This document shows positions 11,001 to 17,954 of a stretch of 64,000 bases of DNA, one piece after another; position 1 is the stretch's first letter; each line of letters begins with the position of its first letter. A program made the translations under genes and the position numbers. This stretch comes from Vescimonas coprocola (GTDB taxonomy: Bacteria > Bacillota_I > Bacilli_A > RF39 > UBA660): NCBI GenBank assembly GCA_963660615.1, contig CAVKYE010000004.1, positions 11,465 to 75,464 on the forward strand, given 5' to 3'. The notes below the pieces were generated by a model. The model saw only the letters and a program-made list of their open reading frames with translations. It did not search any database and was not told the origin of the DNA.

Positions 11001-12120
11001 GTAAAACACCAGTATCATTATAATAACCACTAATAGAACTTCTATAATCAACACTAACCTTACGATAATAACCAGCCATATTAGTAGTTGACGTAAAATT
11101 CTTATTTTCCTCTTTGCCTACAACCGTTGCCGTTAAAGAAGCTTCTTCAAAACCATAATAATTATTATAAGTATAATATTTAGCATCCATATCAAAAGTA
11201 TCACTACTAGTTTGTTTATAATATATTTGGCATGTATTTGTATACGTACCTTGACTTTGACCCCAACCAGTATTTGGTGCAGGACATTGATAAGAACTAT
11301 GATAACTACCAGAAGAATCATAACAATTACTACACGTTCCATAAGTAGTATCACCACGTCCCCACCAACCAGAAACAACAGTCTTAGTTGTAATACTATC
11401 TCCTTTATAATAACCTTCAACGCTAGGATAATCATATATATATTTCACAGTATTCACTTTATTCATACCCTTAGTTTTTAACTTACTAATTGCATTATCA
11501 AAAGAATTACTACTATTAACATAAGCAACTTCCCCACTAGTCCAATTAGCATAAAAATTAATATTAATTTTATTTGAACTAACAGGCACTTTAGCACTCC
11601 TAGCGTAATAAGTATCATCATAACTAATAGAAGCACCACTATAATCAGTAATCCAACCATTAAATACCATATCATCAGGATGAGAAGAAAAAGGATTATC
11701 AATTAAATCAATTTCTATATATCCATTATTAACAGGATAATATTTATAGTAAACATACTTACTTTGTTTCTCGCTTAAAGAAACATACCCAGTATTTAAC
11801 CCATTATAATCCGTACCATTATAAGTAATCGTAACCTCTACTAAATTATTATCATTATATAAATTTTTATCAACATTTGTAGGAAGGCTACTAGAACTGC
11901 TACTAGTATAATTTTGACCCGTATAATAATAATAATCACTATCTAAATCATCAACATAAACAGTATCACCAGTAACACCATAAGTAACAGAATCATCACT
12001 ACTAGCACGTAATGATCCATAAGTCAAAGCAATAGAAGTAATAGGAATACATATAGCTAAAAGGACAAGCAAAAAATCTTGTCTATTTCTAAAAAAATTT
12101 TTTAAAATTTTTATAACCAT
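5020..12120 (-). CDS. giant (2366 aa) exported glycine-rich beta-solenoid/adhesin-like protein with SipW-type signal junction
   Basis: Track ORF. N-terminus MVIKILKNFFRNRQDFLLVLLAICIPITSIALTYGSLRASS. About 25-30 modules of about 24 aa centred on [YF]GG[GS]N. No LPXTG, SLH or other anchor recognised at the C-terminus (...GDCETYIIIK). Confidence 0.9.
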   Translation of the reverse strand: MVIKILKNFFRNRQDFLLVLLAICIPITSIALTYGSLRASSDDSVTYGVTGDTVYVDDLDSDYYYYTGQNYTSSSSSSLPTNVDKNLYNDNNLVEVTITYNGTDYNGLNTGYVSLSEKQSKYVYYKYYPVNNGYIEIDLIDNPFSSHPDDMVFNGWITDYSGASISYDDTYYARSAKVPVSSNKININFYANWTSGEVAYVNSSNSFDNAISKLKTKGMNKVNTVKYIYDYPSVEGYYKGDSITTKTVVSGWWGRGDTTYGTCSNCYDSSGSYHSSYQCPAPNTGWGQSQGTYTNTCQIYYKQTSSDTFDMDAKYYTYNNYYGFEEASLTATVVGKEENKNFTSTTNMAGYYRKVSVDYRSSISGYYNDTGVLQSGTCSTSGGCEVYELIQFYKSDGSLELFDENTDYYYLTTRDTNILVMNGNVSSTWSSSSSKPFTLTGIYNGTDYKPTWTVSNVAIKAYGALRIENMTINSRKSNSTSAPTSSSSGSGVFYGNYQNVKIGRGIKQSGSYKTFDSIIAGANSSNSWDSSDTGSSSNPKRFTIMVESGFYNSASSTTGANDRGWSSSLYTEMNAIYGNDYDRATSNNSYLDFYYCVSGSWYANIYSSDNDNIAALNTVVKSGTFGSSKYDLTTGIYVGGRYSGTHYASKTAKIEGGYIYNLIGGPLTDSSRGSKNDVMIYMTGGVVDMITGGAGTSTTYGNRIIQVTGGTVNYSVFGGSNGHDGSSSDGTLTGSSYVYIGGTATIGNDEYINNNSTLFGAESGSVFGAGNGNTSYATIGSVDNSIIVINDEATIKKNVYGSGNYGTVGYNSSSNGSVSINILGGTIGSVFGSGNNSGSGKEWQVSIPTSITMTGGSVTGGIYGGSNQKGTLYGDVTLDILKGSVNNVFGGGLGSGTVVSQNVTVNLGDSTNSLNLTGSAYGGSAYGTVNDKSKTTSVSSYKTAVNVNGGTVNNVFGGGKGDDSNTPYVTGDVTLTINNGKVTNAFGGNDAAGTPNGTVKVYLNGGTVESAYGGGNKTAVTKTYVYQIGSDCTNVFGGSNESGDVETSTINVTGGNVTNLYGGNNVGGKTTTTSVDVSSGAITNLYGGGKLTDTDTSDVNVSGGLVGTVYGGGQQASIVSKTSVLVSGGTIENVYGGSNILGDVPVSNVSINGGTITSVYGGNNQGGVTTTSNVKLNGGIITSVYGGGNKTSTDTSNVKLNGSSVTSIYGGGNEAGVSKTNVELVSGSSVSVFGGSNSSGTVASGNITSTSSDVSIDNIYGGNNQGGVTETATVDLNGGSYNNIYGGGNEAATDYTNVNVSNVTVTGKFYGGGNKATVNYNTKVVFKNSSISSDLFGGGNLGTVLGNTDVYVSNATSLGSIYAGGNGNTAIVSGNTTLTIDNNSVISKHVFGGGNAANTGSKDSTKSISTVNIAGASISGNVYGGANTAILYGKTILNIGSSVDSYVKTNINIGGTVFGGGEANASGDTNYDYSFISVTEGITINIDGNGYKQFDILGSIFGSGNASSTKGYSYINISNYGTFDEYKENISIQRADIVTIKNSAIKLEGTTDRTNEYSNTKFSISRVKELKLANGSTLFLGNGTNLLEKFSSLKISGATEEKASVTIDGDNVTRNVNNRVYMLENKNLNIATNEAVTSYGKVSGMTFFGMYQLDRNGKVSTAFYNNKYNSGDSVLSGEFYSFTSGSYVLGMHTSNHDITKDGFYSNYENEEKASVVQAKYIEPTPSDASYYMWVIGEKVTTYDFSLTASKYSTLGTYELPLTASAGANTIYEIIGFNYQNLEDGFELVSPSSVSRVNNSGTADDRMALSMESSNTGFITKGQTNFLSDSKTPIDGTRDYQAENSSTVPSLLFYLYHSKNITLNREIGTVVISLLAIKPIDDLNNEVTRVNINITLSSALYSDNDYEGAMAAGEKYGLFASTATNITNKSNLSAYYSLYMKSDKQYYQDGYYHALVSDYVFPLNTKLTMIDLANNTYYYYVVSEDDVNRASSEYEKYGECSYNLSNFVAMGSTSSSNNFDESLNNSRYYKSGYVLEEFIFNVSFEDTSISSDVTDKKLLLELRNKNDQTLISVLSIQHSALTYNLYNDSKASIDLSGSINDSKVYLGDTPSLSLNANFTQPLVGSLPVTDTTYFDKKMGVKISIYDNNGNRLNNSSLLGLTYEYKDKVYYPRMDGSVRISVADKVANWYGKIKVNTENLNLSSGTYKFKIEAFGSSDGIYYGSSASSYEIPFTIVDSVYGLNVTLPDDEVVIDSDSGVNVKSTNALDFDTGYSSNLINPSIRVSLYRREYNDLYDTSYVKVNLFDFITNRLDSVSENEYMFISDPDSSSKKTLYLKSTLKSGTYKFVFSLYDGDTFIGDCETYIIIK
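7600..10050 (-). repeat. intragenic tandem array of about 70-80-nt modules encoding the [YF]GG[GS]N repeats
   Basis: On the plus strand, accaccataaa(c/t)a-type cores recur every 70-80 nt (near 8270, 8335, 8490, 8560, 8635, 8715, 8790, 8860, 8935). Adjacent modules 8521..8660 are near-identical. Confidence 0.7.
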
Positions 12121-12141
12121 ACATTTCCTCCTCTTCTAAAA

Positions 12142-13122
12142 CTATGACGGATTAGTTGTAAACTCCAAATTAAAACTTATATCACCATAAGCTGCATTAT
12201 TCTCACAATCAACATCCTGTCCTTCAATCCACATATAAATACGCAATTTAGAAATACTAGGTTTAATCGTAAGAAGCGAAACATTTTGAGAATTATTCTT
12301 AGGTGTATATGCCTTAACATTAACACGCTTAAACAAATTAGGATATAAATTAGCATTTGCATTTTGAATAAGTACATTATTCCCAGCAGAAATATCACTA
12401 ATAACACCATCATAAGGAAGTAAAGAACCACCAGTTTGAGAAGTAGAAATTCCATAAACCTTACTAGCATTACTAACACCATACTCCGTATGAACATCAT
12501 AATTAGGTTCCCAAATAATAGCCTCACTCGCACCCTTTAAATTTTGAGCAGCTGAAGAACTATCACTAGACCCCTCATTCAAAATAGCCACTCTTGTAGC
12601 ATTTTCAATTCCAGAAGTTTTATCGCCAGTATAAGAAACACTAGAATTACTAGATAAATACAACTCTTTTTCACCACTAATCTTAAAAAATAAATCAAAA
12701 ACAATAAAAGTTCCATCACTATCTTCACCAAAACTAGAAGTTTCCAAAGACTTATTAGCTACTAAAATAAAATCAGTTGACTTATCATTAGTAGCATCAC
12801 CCTTATACATATTTAAAAAACCATTGGAAATCGTACCACCCGTCGAAACAGGATAAATTCTATAAGGAATTTGATTAACACTACCACTATAATTTTTACT
12901 AGCATTCCTAATATCATTAACAGTAATAACCTGTTTCCAATCAACAGCATCAGTACTAACCTCAATACCCCCGTCAGCCTGAACGTGAACATCAAGAGCC
13001 TCAATACTAACAACCCTATTCGCTGAAAACCAAGCATAAGTAGTTGTAATTAAAAGGATAAAACTAAAAAATAAAGGAAAAATAATTAACTTACGTCTTT
13101 TTTTTCTATTTTCTTTCGTCAT
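12142..13122 (-). CDS. TasA/camelysin-like exported protein, 326 aa (large paralogue)
   Basis: Track ORF trimmed to ATG at 13122 (GGAGGAG upstream). MTKENRKKRRKLIIFPLFFSFILLITTTYAWFSANRVVS. C-terminus LRIYMWIEGQDVDCENNAAYGDISFNLEFTTNPS. Confidence 0.8.
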   Translation of the reverse strand: MTKENRKKRRKLIIFPLFFSFILLITTTYAWFSANRVVSIEALDVHVQADGGIEVSTDAVDWKQVITVNDIRNASKNYSGSVNQIPYRIYPVSTGGTISNGFLNMYKGDATNDKSTDFILVANKSLETSSFGEDSDGTFIVFDLFFKISGEKELYLSSNSSVSYTGDKTSGIENATRVAILNEGSSDSSSAAQNLKGASEAIIWEPNYDVHTEYGVSNASKVYGISTSQTGGSLLPYDGVISDISAGNNVLIQNANANLYPNLFKRVNVKAYTPKNNSQNVSLLTIKPSISKLRIYMWIEGQDVDCENNAAYGDISFNLEFTTNPS

Positions 13123-13816
13123 CAGTATGCTCCTCCCTAAATTCCATATTAAGTTTAATTTCACCACCAATAATTGCATCAACACACTCAGCGTCTTCAC
13201 CTTCAAGATAAACAACAACCGTATATTTGTCAACATCAGAAGCTTTCAAAGCCTTTCTCTGCTTTAAAACAGCAACATCTTTAGAAACAAAAGGTACAGT
13301 CCCAACCTCAGCCTTACCAGTTAAACTACTGCTTTTCGCATAAACAGTTTCCTTACCATTTTGGTAAACAATAATCCTAATAGCATCATCAACATTTTTA
13401 ATAACATCAAGAATATTAATTTGATACCAGTAATTAGTAGCCTCCTTCCCCTCATTAGCAATATAAAAAGTATAAGCAATATAATTTTCCCCATTATGAC
13501 TGCCACCATTTGAAGAATCAATATCACTAGGAAGCCAGCTCTTAGTAATATTATCCATAAAAGGGATTTCTTTAGCATATAGCTTATTCTTCGGAGTTTT
13601 TTCATCTAAAGATTCATACAAAACAATATCATTTTTCAAAGTTAAATTAGGATCCAAAGTAACAGTAAAATTACCACCCTTATAAATGACCATAAGCACA
13701 AAGAAAAAACAAAGCAACAAAAGAAATAAAATAATAACAATTCTTCTAATATATTTATATCTTCTTTCACGTTTTTTTAATTCTTCAGCTGTAACCTTAA
13801 CAGTACCTACTCCCAT
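13106..13816 (-). CDS. membrane-anchored paralogue of the TasA-like family (236 aa, single N-terminal TM, no SipW junction)
   Basis: RRIVIILFLLLLCFFFVLMVIY TM segment. C-terminus YTVVVYLEGEDAECVDAIIGGEIKLNMEF aligns with the C-terminus of 12142..13122. First gene after the promoter at 13846..13874. Confidence 0.7.
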   Translation of the reverse strand: MGVGTVKVTAEELKKRERRYKYIRRIVIILFLLLLCFFFVLMVIYKGGNFTVTLDPNLTLKNDIVLYESLDEKTPKNKLYAKEIPFMDNITKSWLPSDIDSSNGGSHNGENYIAYTFYIANEGKEATNYWYQINILDVIKNVDDAIRIIVYQNGKETVYAKSSSLTGKAEVGTVPFVSKDVAVLKQRKALKASDVDKYTVVVYLEGEDAECVDAIIGGEIKLNMEFREEHTDDERK

Positions 13817-13845
13817 ACAATCACGATTCCTTTATTATCAATACA

Positions 13846-13874
13846 ATTTTACCATAAAATGCAAATTTTGTCAT
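13846..13874 (-). promoter_or_regulatory. sigma-A-like promoter of the fibre operon
   Basis: Minus strand reads ATGACA - 17 nt (ending TGG) - TAAAAT, about 30 nt upstream of the ATG at 13816. Confidence 0.5.
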
Positions 13875-13944
13875 AAAATTGCAAAAAAAAGAAACATATT
13901 CAAATAAAAATTTATAAAACAATATTTTTAATATTTAAAATATA

Positions 13945-14259
13945 CTACTTTTTTGTTCTTCTAAGACCAAAGTCAAAAGAAGCATCATCACGAACAAACT
14001 TAATTGACATTGTTTTAAATAAATCATCCAAAGGCAAAGTATCATCAAAATTTTCCCTCTTAGCACCCCTAGCAACACCTTCAACAACCGAAAAGCTAGG
14101 ATATTTAATTTCCACACCATTAATTTTTTTACCACTATTTTTTTTATTAGAAATACTCCCATTAGAATCTGAAGTAGCAGAAACATCTACATGTTTCCTC
14201 CTTATCAAAAAAAGAACAATAATAAGACTAACAACACTAACACATAAAATAACAAACAT
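13945..14259 (-). CDS. hypothetical membrane-anchored protein, 104 aa
   Basis: Track ORF trimmed to ATG at 14259 (GGAGG at 14266..14270, 6-nt spacing). MFVILCVSVVSLIIVLFLI TM segment then a hydrophilic tail. Confidence 0.6.
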   Translation of the reverse strand: MFVILCVSVVSLIIVLFLIRRKHVDVSATSDSNGSISNKKNSGKKINGVEIKYPSFSVVEGVARGAKRENFDDTLPLDDLFKTMSIKFVRDDASFDFGLRRTKK

Positions 14260-14391
14260 AAAAAGCCTCCTATTCACATACAATTCTACCACATATAAAA
14301 AAATTATAAAAAATATAACAACAAAAAAATGCTAAAATTTACACAACTTAACACTTTTAAAAACAAAAATAAAAAACAATCAAAAACAAAA

Positions 14392-14400
14392 TGATATAAT
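14392..14400 (+). promoter_or_regulatory. extended -10 element (TGaTATAAT) for 14426..15007
   Basis: tgatataat 26 nt upstream of the ATG; AAGGAGG RBS follows. Confidence 0.45.
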
Positions 14401-14425
14401 AAAACAAAAAGGAGGCGTAGTAAAT

Positions 14426-15007
14426 ATGACAAAACAGCGAAAAATAAAAATATCAATCGCAGTAATTGCATTAATCATATGCATAAGTCAAATAAGTCAA
14501 ACCTACGCCAAATATCTAGAAACAAAAACAGGGGACACTGACTTTAATATAGCTAAATGGCAAATACTAGTTAATGATAAAGATATTACCGAAGCTACCA
14601 CAATGTCATCATTAATAACACCAGTATACTTAGAAAATGAAAATGTTGCCAAAAATGTCATAGCACCAGGTACAGAAGGATACTTCGATCTTGACATAAA
14701 TGCAGAAAAAACCCAAGTATCATTTCAATACAACATAAATGCTACAAATTCTGAAAATAGTTCTGTAACAGACTTAAAAATAACTGGTTACCAATTAAAT
14801 AATAGCACACTAGTAAATACAAATGAAAGTGAAATAAAAGGCACCATAAACCAAAGTGAAACAAACAAAAAATTAACAATAAGAATATACTTCAAATGGT
14901 TAGATGGAGAACAAGAAACAATGGATAACAAAGAAGATACAAAAGCTTCAGTAAACGGTGAAACAGCGAAATTAAAAGTAAATTTATCATTTACCCAAAT
15001 AGCATAA
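14426..15007 (+). CDS. small exported TasA/camelysin-like protein (SipW-type junction ..ISQTYAKYLET), divergently transcribed
   Basis: 193 aa. AKWQILVN and IAPGTEGYFDLDI motifs shared with 2252..2815. C-terminus LTIRIYFKWLDGEQETMDN...AKLKVNLSFTQIA. Confidence 0.8.
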   Translation: MTKQRKIKISIAVIALIICISQISQTYAKYLETKTGDTDFNIAKWQILVNDKDITEATTMSSLITPVYLENENVAKNVIAPGTEGYFDLDINAEKTQVSFQYNINATNSENSSVTDLKITGYQLNNSTLVNTNESEIKGTINQSETNKKLTIRIYFKWLDGEQETMDNKEDTKASVNGETAKLKVNLSFTQIA

Positions 15008-15048
15008 AAAATATTTCCAATAAGAAATATTTTTTTATAAAATAAAAT

Positions 15049-15297
15049 TTAAAAAACAAGCATAAATACAAACAACAAAATAACAAAAAAAACAATTACA
15101 TAAGGTATAAACATCATAACAAAATTTAAAATTTTATGTCTACTTAAAAAACTTTCAAATAAAATTCTAAAAACAATAACAATAAGTATCAAAAAAATTG
15201 AAACAATAATCATATCAAAAATACTACATAAATTATTAATATAATACATAACAACAAACCTTTCTGAAAATAAAAAAGGAATAAAAACATAAACCAC
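15049..15297 (-). CDS. small hydrophobic membrane protein (66-82 aa, about 3 TM)
   Basis: Track ORF starting GTG, sharing one nt with the noc stop (TAGTG). Alternative ATG at 15249 has GAAAGG upstream. No homology recognised. Confidence 0.4.
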   Translation of the reverse strand: MVYVFIPFLFSERFVVMYYINNLCSIFDMIIVSIFLILIVIVFRILFESFLSRHKILNFVMMFIPYVIVFFVILLFVFMLVF

Positions 15298-17168
15298 TAT
15301 TCCTTATTAATTTTAAAAGTAACTTGATAATTCTTATCTAAATCAATTTCATCAACATCAACATAATAACCTAATTTTTCAATCTCGTCCGCACAATTTC
15401 TTATTAAATTAATAACTTCTCTAAAAGAATTATTCGGAGTAGAAACAGCCTTAACATTATTCTCCATCATACTAGGTTGGCTTACAGGAGAACTTGCAGT
15501 TTCAATAATATCAGGTGTAGGAATATTATTAAGATTCTCTTCTGAAATCCTATAATCATCTAAGCCACTACCAATAGAAGAAACATTATTAACACTCTCT
15601 TGCATATTAGAAACAGTAGGTGTACTAGGACTAACCAAAGAATTGGCCTGCACTAAACTATCATTAACAGATGTAACCTCAGGAACAGATTGAGACATAC
15701 CGGAATTAACCGTGCTAAAAGAAGGCGTAACCAAACTAGGTGTCGGTCTAACATCAGAAGAAGATGAAACCAAACTAGGAGTGTTAGTCGCAGATGTAAC
15801 CTCTGGTATAGAAGATGAAACCTCCGGTATAGAACTTATCTCTTGATTATTTAAAGATTTTTGATTCACATAAGCAGAAGAATTACCACCCTCAGTATTT
15901 GCATTCGAACTAGAACCAATAGTATGATAAGCAGGATTAAAACCTTGATTAGAAACCTGACTTTGATTTATACCAGAAGTAACATTAGAGCCAAATCCAG
16001 AAGCCATATTATTTACCTGATTAGAACTAACTTGTCCTCCTACACTTTCTTGAGGTCTTGGCATTCCACCTAAAACATTATTATTAACAGTATTATTAGC
16101 ACCATTAGAATTGTTATCAGGTGTACTAGGTTTCAAATCAGCTGGTGTTTGATTAAAAATACTATCAAAACTAACCGAACCAGAATTAGTCGGTTTAACC
16201 TCAGAAGGCCTTTGTACCTCATTATTTCCATAAGGAATATTAACAAATTTATTATCATTATTAACAGGCGCTGGTGTTGGTGCTACATTACCGCTAGGAC
16301 TAGGCATAGAGGATCCTCTCATAAGTTCAGAAATATCATTAGGTTGCTTAGTCTCATTAATATCGTGAGCCTCCCTCATAATTTTATCAATATCCATAAA
16401 TCCTTTTCCCCTTTCTTCATTCATACTATTATCTTTAGTAAAACTATCCTTTTTAATTTGATTATCAAATAAACTTTCAACCACAGGCTTATCATTTAAA
16501 ACATTAACTTTAACAGGATGACTAATCGTCTTAACAGAAGCACCCACACCATCAGACGGGTTCTCAAGCAAATACTTCTTAATCTCATCATCAGTACGTT
16601 TAACCGTCAAACGCTCACTAATAATCCTTCCAAGCATCATAACCTGAGCATTCCTATTTCCAAGCCTAAGTAAACTTCTTGCATGCCTTTCAGAAATACG
16701 TCCATGCAAAAGCGCATCTTGAACTTGATCATCAAGATTTAAAAGCCTTATCTTATTAGCAATAGTAGACTGAGACTTACCAATCTTTTTCGCAAGTCCA
16801 TCTTGAGTAATATAGCCCATATCCAAAATACGCTTATAAGAAACAGCCTCCTCAATCGCCGTAAGCTCTTGTCTTTGAATATTTTCAAGAAGGGCAATTT
16901 CTTCACTATCCTTATCAGATAAATTTACAACAATAGCCGGAATAGTAGTCCTACTAGCAAGTTTACTAGCCTTAAAACGTCTTTCACCCGCAATAATTTC
17001 ATACTTATTATTAATAGGTCTTACAACAATAGGCTGAATAACACCATATTTATGAATAGACTCCGCAAGTTCCTGAAGCTTAACCTCATCAAAACGAATA
17101 CGCGGTTGAAATCTATTAGGTAAAATATCATTAATATTTAAAACCACTAATTGACCATTTTCGTACAT
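15297..17168 (-). CDS. noc: Noc-like ParB-family protein with long low-complexity insertion (623 aa)
   Basis: Trimmed to ATG at 17168 (GGGAGGGG 7 nt upstream). LPNRFQPR, IIAGERRFKAS, GKSQSTIANKIRLLNL and ISERHARSL resemble B. subtilis Noc rather than Spo0J. Position after rsmG. C-terminus REVINLIRNCADEIEKLGYYVDVDEIDLDKNYQVTFKI resembles the Noc C-terminus. Confidence 0.85.
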   Translation of the reverse strand: MYENGQLVVLNINDILPNRFQPRIRFDEVKLQELAESIHKYGVIQPIVVRPINNKYEIIAGERRFKASKLASRTTIPAIVVNLSDKDSEEIALLENIQRQELTAIEEAVSYKRILDMGYITQDGLAKKIGKSQSTIANKIRLLNLDDQVQDALLHGRISERHARSLLRLGNRNAQVMMLGRIISERLTVKRTDDEIKKYLLENPSDGVGASVKTISHPVKVNVLNDKPVVESLFDNQIKKDSFTKDNSMNEERGKGFMDIDKIMREAHDINETKQPNDISELMRGSSMPSPSGNVAPTPAPVNNDNKFVNIPYGNNEVQRPSEVKPTNSGSVSFDSIFNQTPADLKPSTPDNNSNGANNTVNNNVLGGMPRPQESVGGQVSSNQVNNMASGFGSNVTSGINQSQVSNQGFNPAYHTIGSSSNANTEGGNSSAYVNQKSLNNQEISSIPEVSSSIPEVTSATNTPSLVSSSSDVRPTPSLVTPSFSTVNSGMSQSVPEVTSVNDSLVQANSLVSPSTPTVSNMQESVNNVSSIGSGLDDYRISEENLNNIPTPDIIETASSPVSQPSMMENNVKAVSTPNNSFREVINLIRNCADEIEKLGYYVDVDEIDLDKNYQVTFKINKE

Positions 17169-17255
17169 AAACTGCCCCTCCCTTCTATTCTTTATAATTA
17201 TAATACTATTTTTCGGGAAATAATTCAACAAAAAAACAAAATAAAAAGAAAAAAA

Positions 17256-17954
17256 CTACAAAGGTCTTTTCTTAATCTCAGCAAATCTTCGAGGATATTT
17301 AATTGAAGTCTTCTTTTCCTTACAAATCTTAATAAGCATTCTTGAACTTTCCTCATATGGTAAAACAAATTCATCCACGCATTCAATCTTACCACCTAAA
17401 ACCTTAAGTGCATTAGAAGATGTACTAACATCCTCCATACCCTTCATCGAAACAAAATAAGAAGAAACTTTAACAAGCGGCAAACAATACTCAAGTAAAA
17501 CTGGTAAAGAAGCCACCGCCCTTGCTGTAACTACATCAAACATCTCCCTATTTTTTAAAGCATACTCCTCCGCTCTAGCATGAACTAAAGAAACATCCTC
17601 AAGTCCAAGAGAAAAACAAACAGTCTCCAAAAACTTAATACGTTTATTCAAAGCATCAACCAAAGTAAGTTTTAAATGAGGAAAAAATATCTTTATAACA
17701 ATACCAGGAAAACCAGCACCAGTACCAACATCACAAAAAGAAGATACCTTATTAAAATCAATAACTCTACACAAAGTTAAACTATCATAAAAATGTTTTA
17801 GAAACACATCTTCCTTCTTAGTAATAGCCGTCAAATTAATCTTCTCATTAAAAGAAATAAGTAAATCATAATATTTATCAAGCAATAATAACTCAGAATC
17901 AGAAACAGAAATTCCAAGTTTTGTAACTTCTAAAATAAATTCATCTCTTGTCAT
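17256..17954 (-). CDS. rsmG: 16S rRNA (guanine527-N7)-methyltransferase
   Basis: 232 aa; [13 protein letters not shown] motif; synteny mnmG-rsmG. Confidence 0.93.
   Translation of the reverse strand: MTRDEFILEVTKLGISVSDSELLLLDKYYDLLISFNEKINLTAITKKEDVFLKHFYDSLTLCRVIDFNKVSSFCDVGTGAGFPGIVIKIFFPHLKLTLVDALNKRIKFLETVCFSLGLEDVSLVHARAEEYALKNREMFDVVTARAVASLPVLLEYCLPLVKVSSYFVSMKGMEDVSTSSNALKVLGGKIECVDEFVLPYEESSRMLIKICKEKKTSIKYPRRFAEIKKRPL

Noticed and set aside
5295-11702. Track ORFs inside or antisense to the giant gene (5295..5516, 6534..6824, 6553..6861, 8779..9114, 9952..10176, 11133..11435, 11212..11481, 11478..11702)
   Set aside because: These are low-complexity Leu/Ile/Arg/Thr-rich translations of alternative frames of an AT-rich repetitive gene. 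They have no RBS and are fully nested in a 7.1-kb ORF with coherent domain structure.
12177-13605. Nested minus-strand track ORFs 12177..12533, 12813..13037 and 13321..13605, and the long N-terminal extension of 12142..13236
   Set aside because: They are out-of-frame shadows of the TasA-like genes. The extension overlaps the upstream gene and lacks an RBS, whereas ATG 13122 has GGAGGAG.
15049-17168. Searched the noc region and the rest of the window for B. subtilis-type Noc binding sites (ATTTCCCGGGAAAT)
   Set aside because: No CCCGGG core was spotted by eye, so I cannot claim presence or absence without a computational scan.
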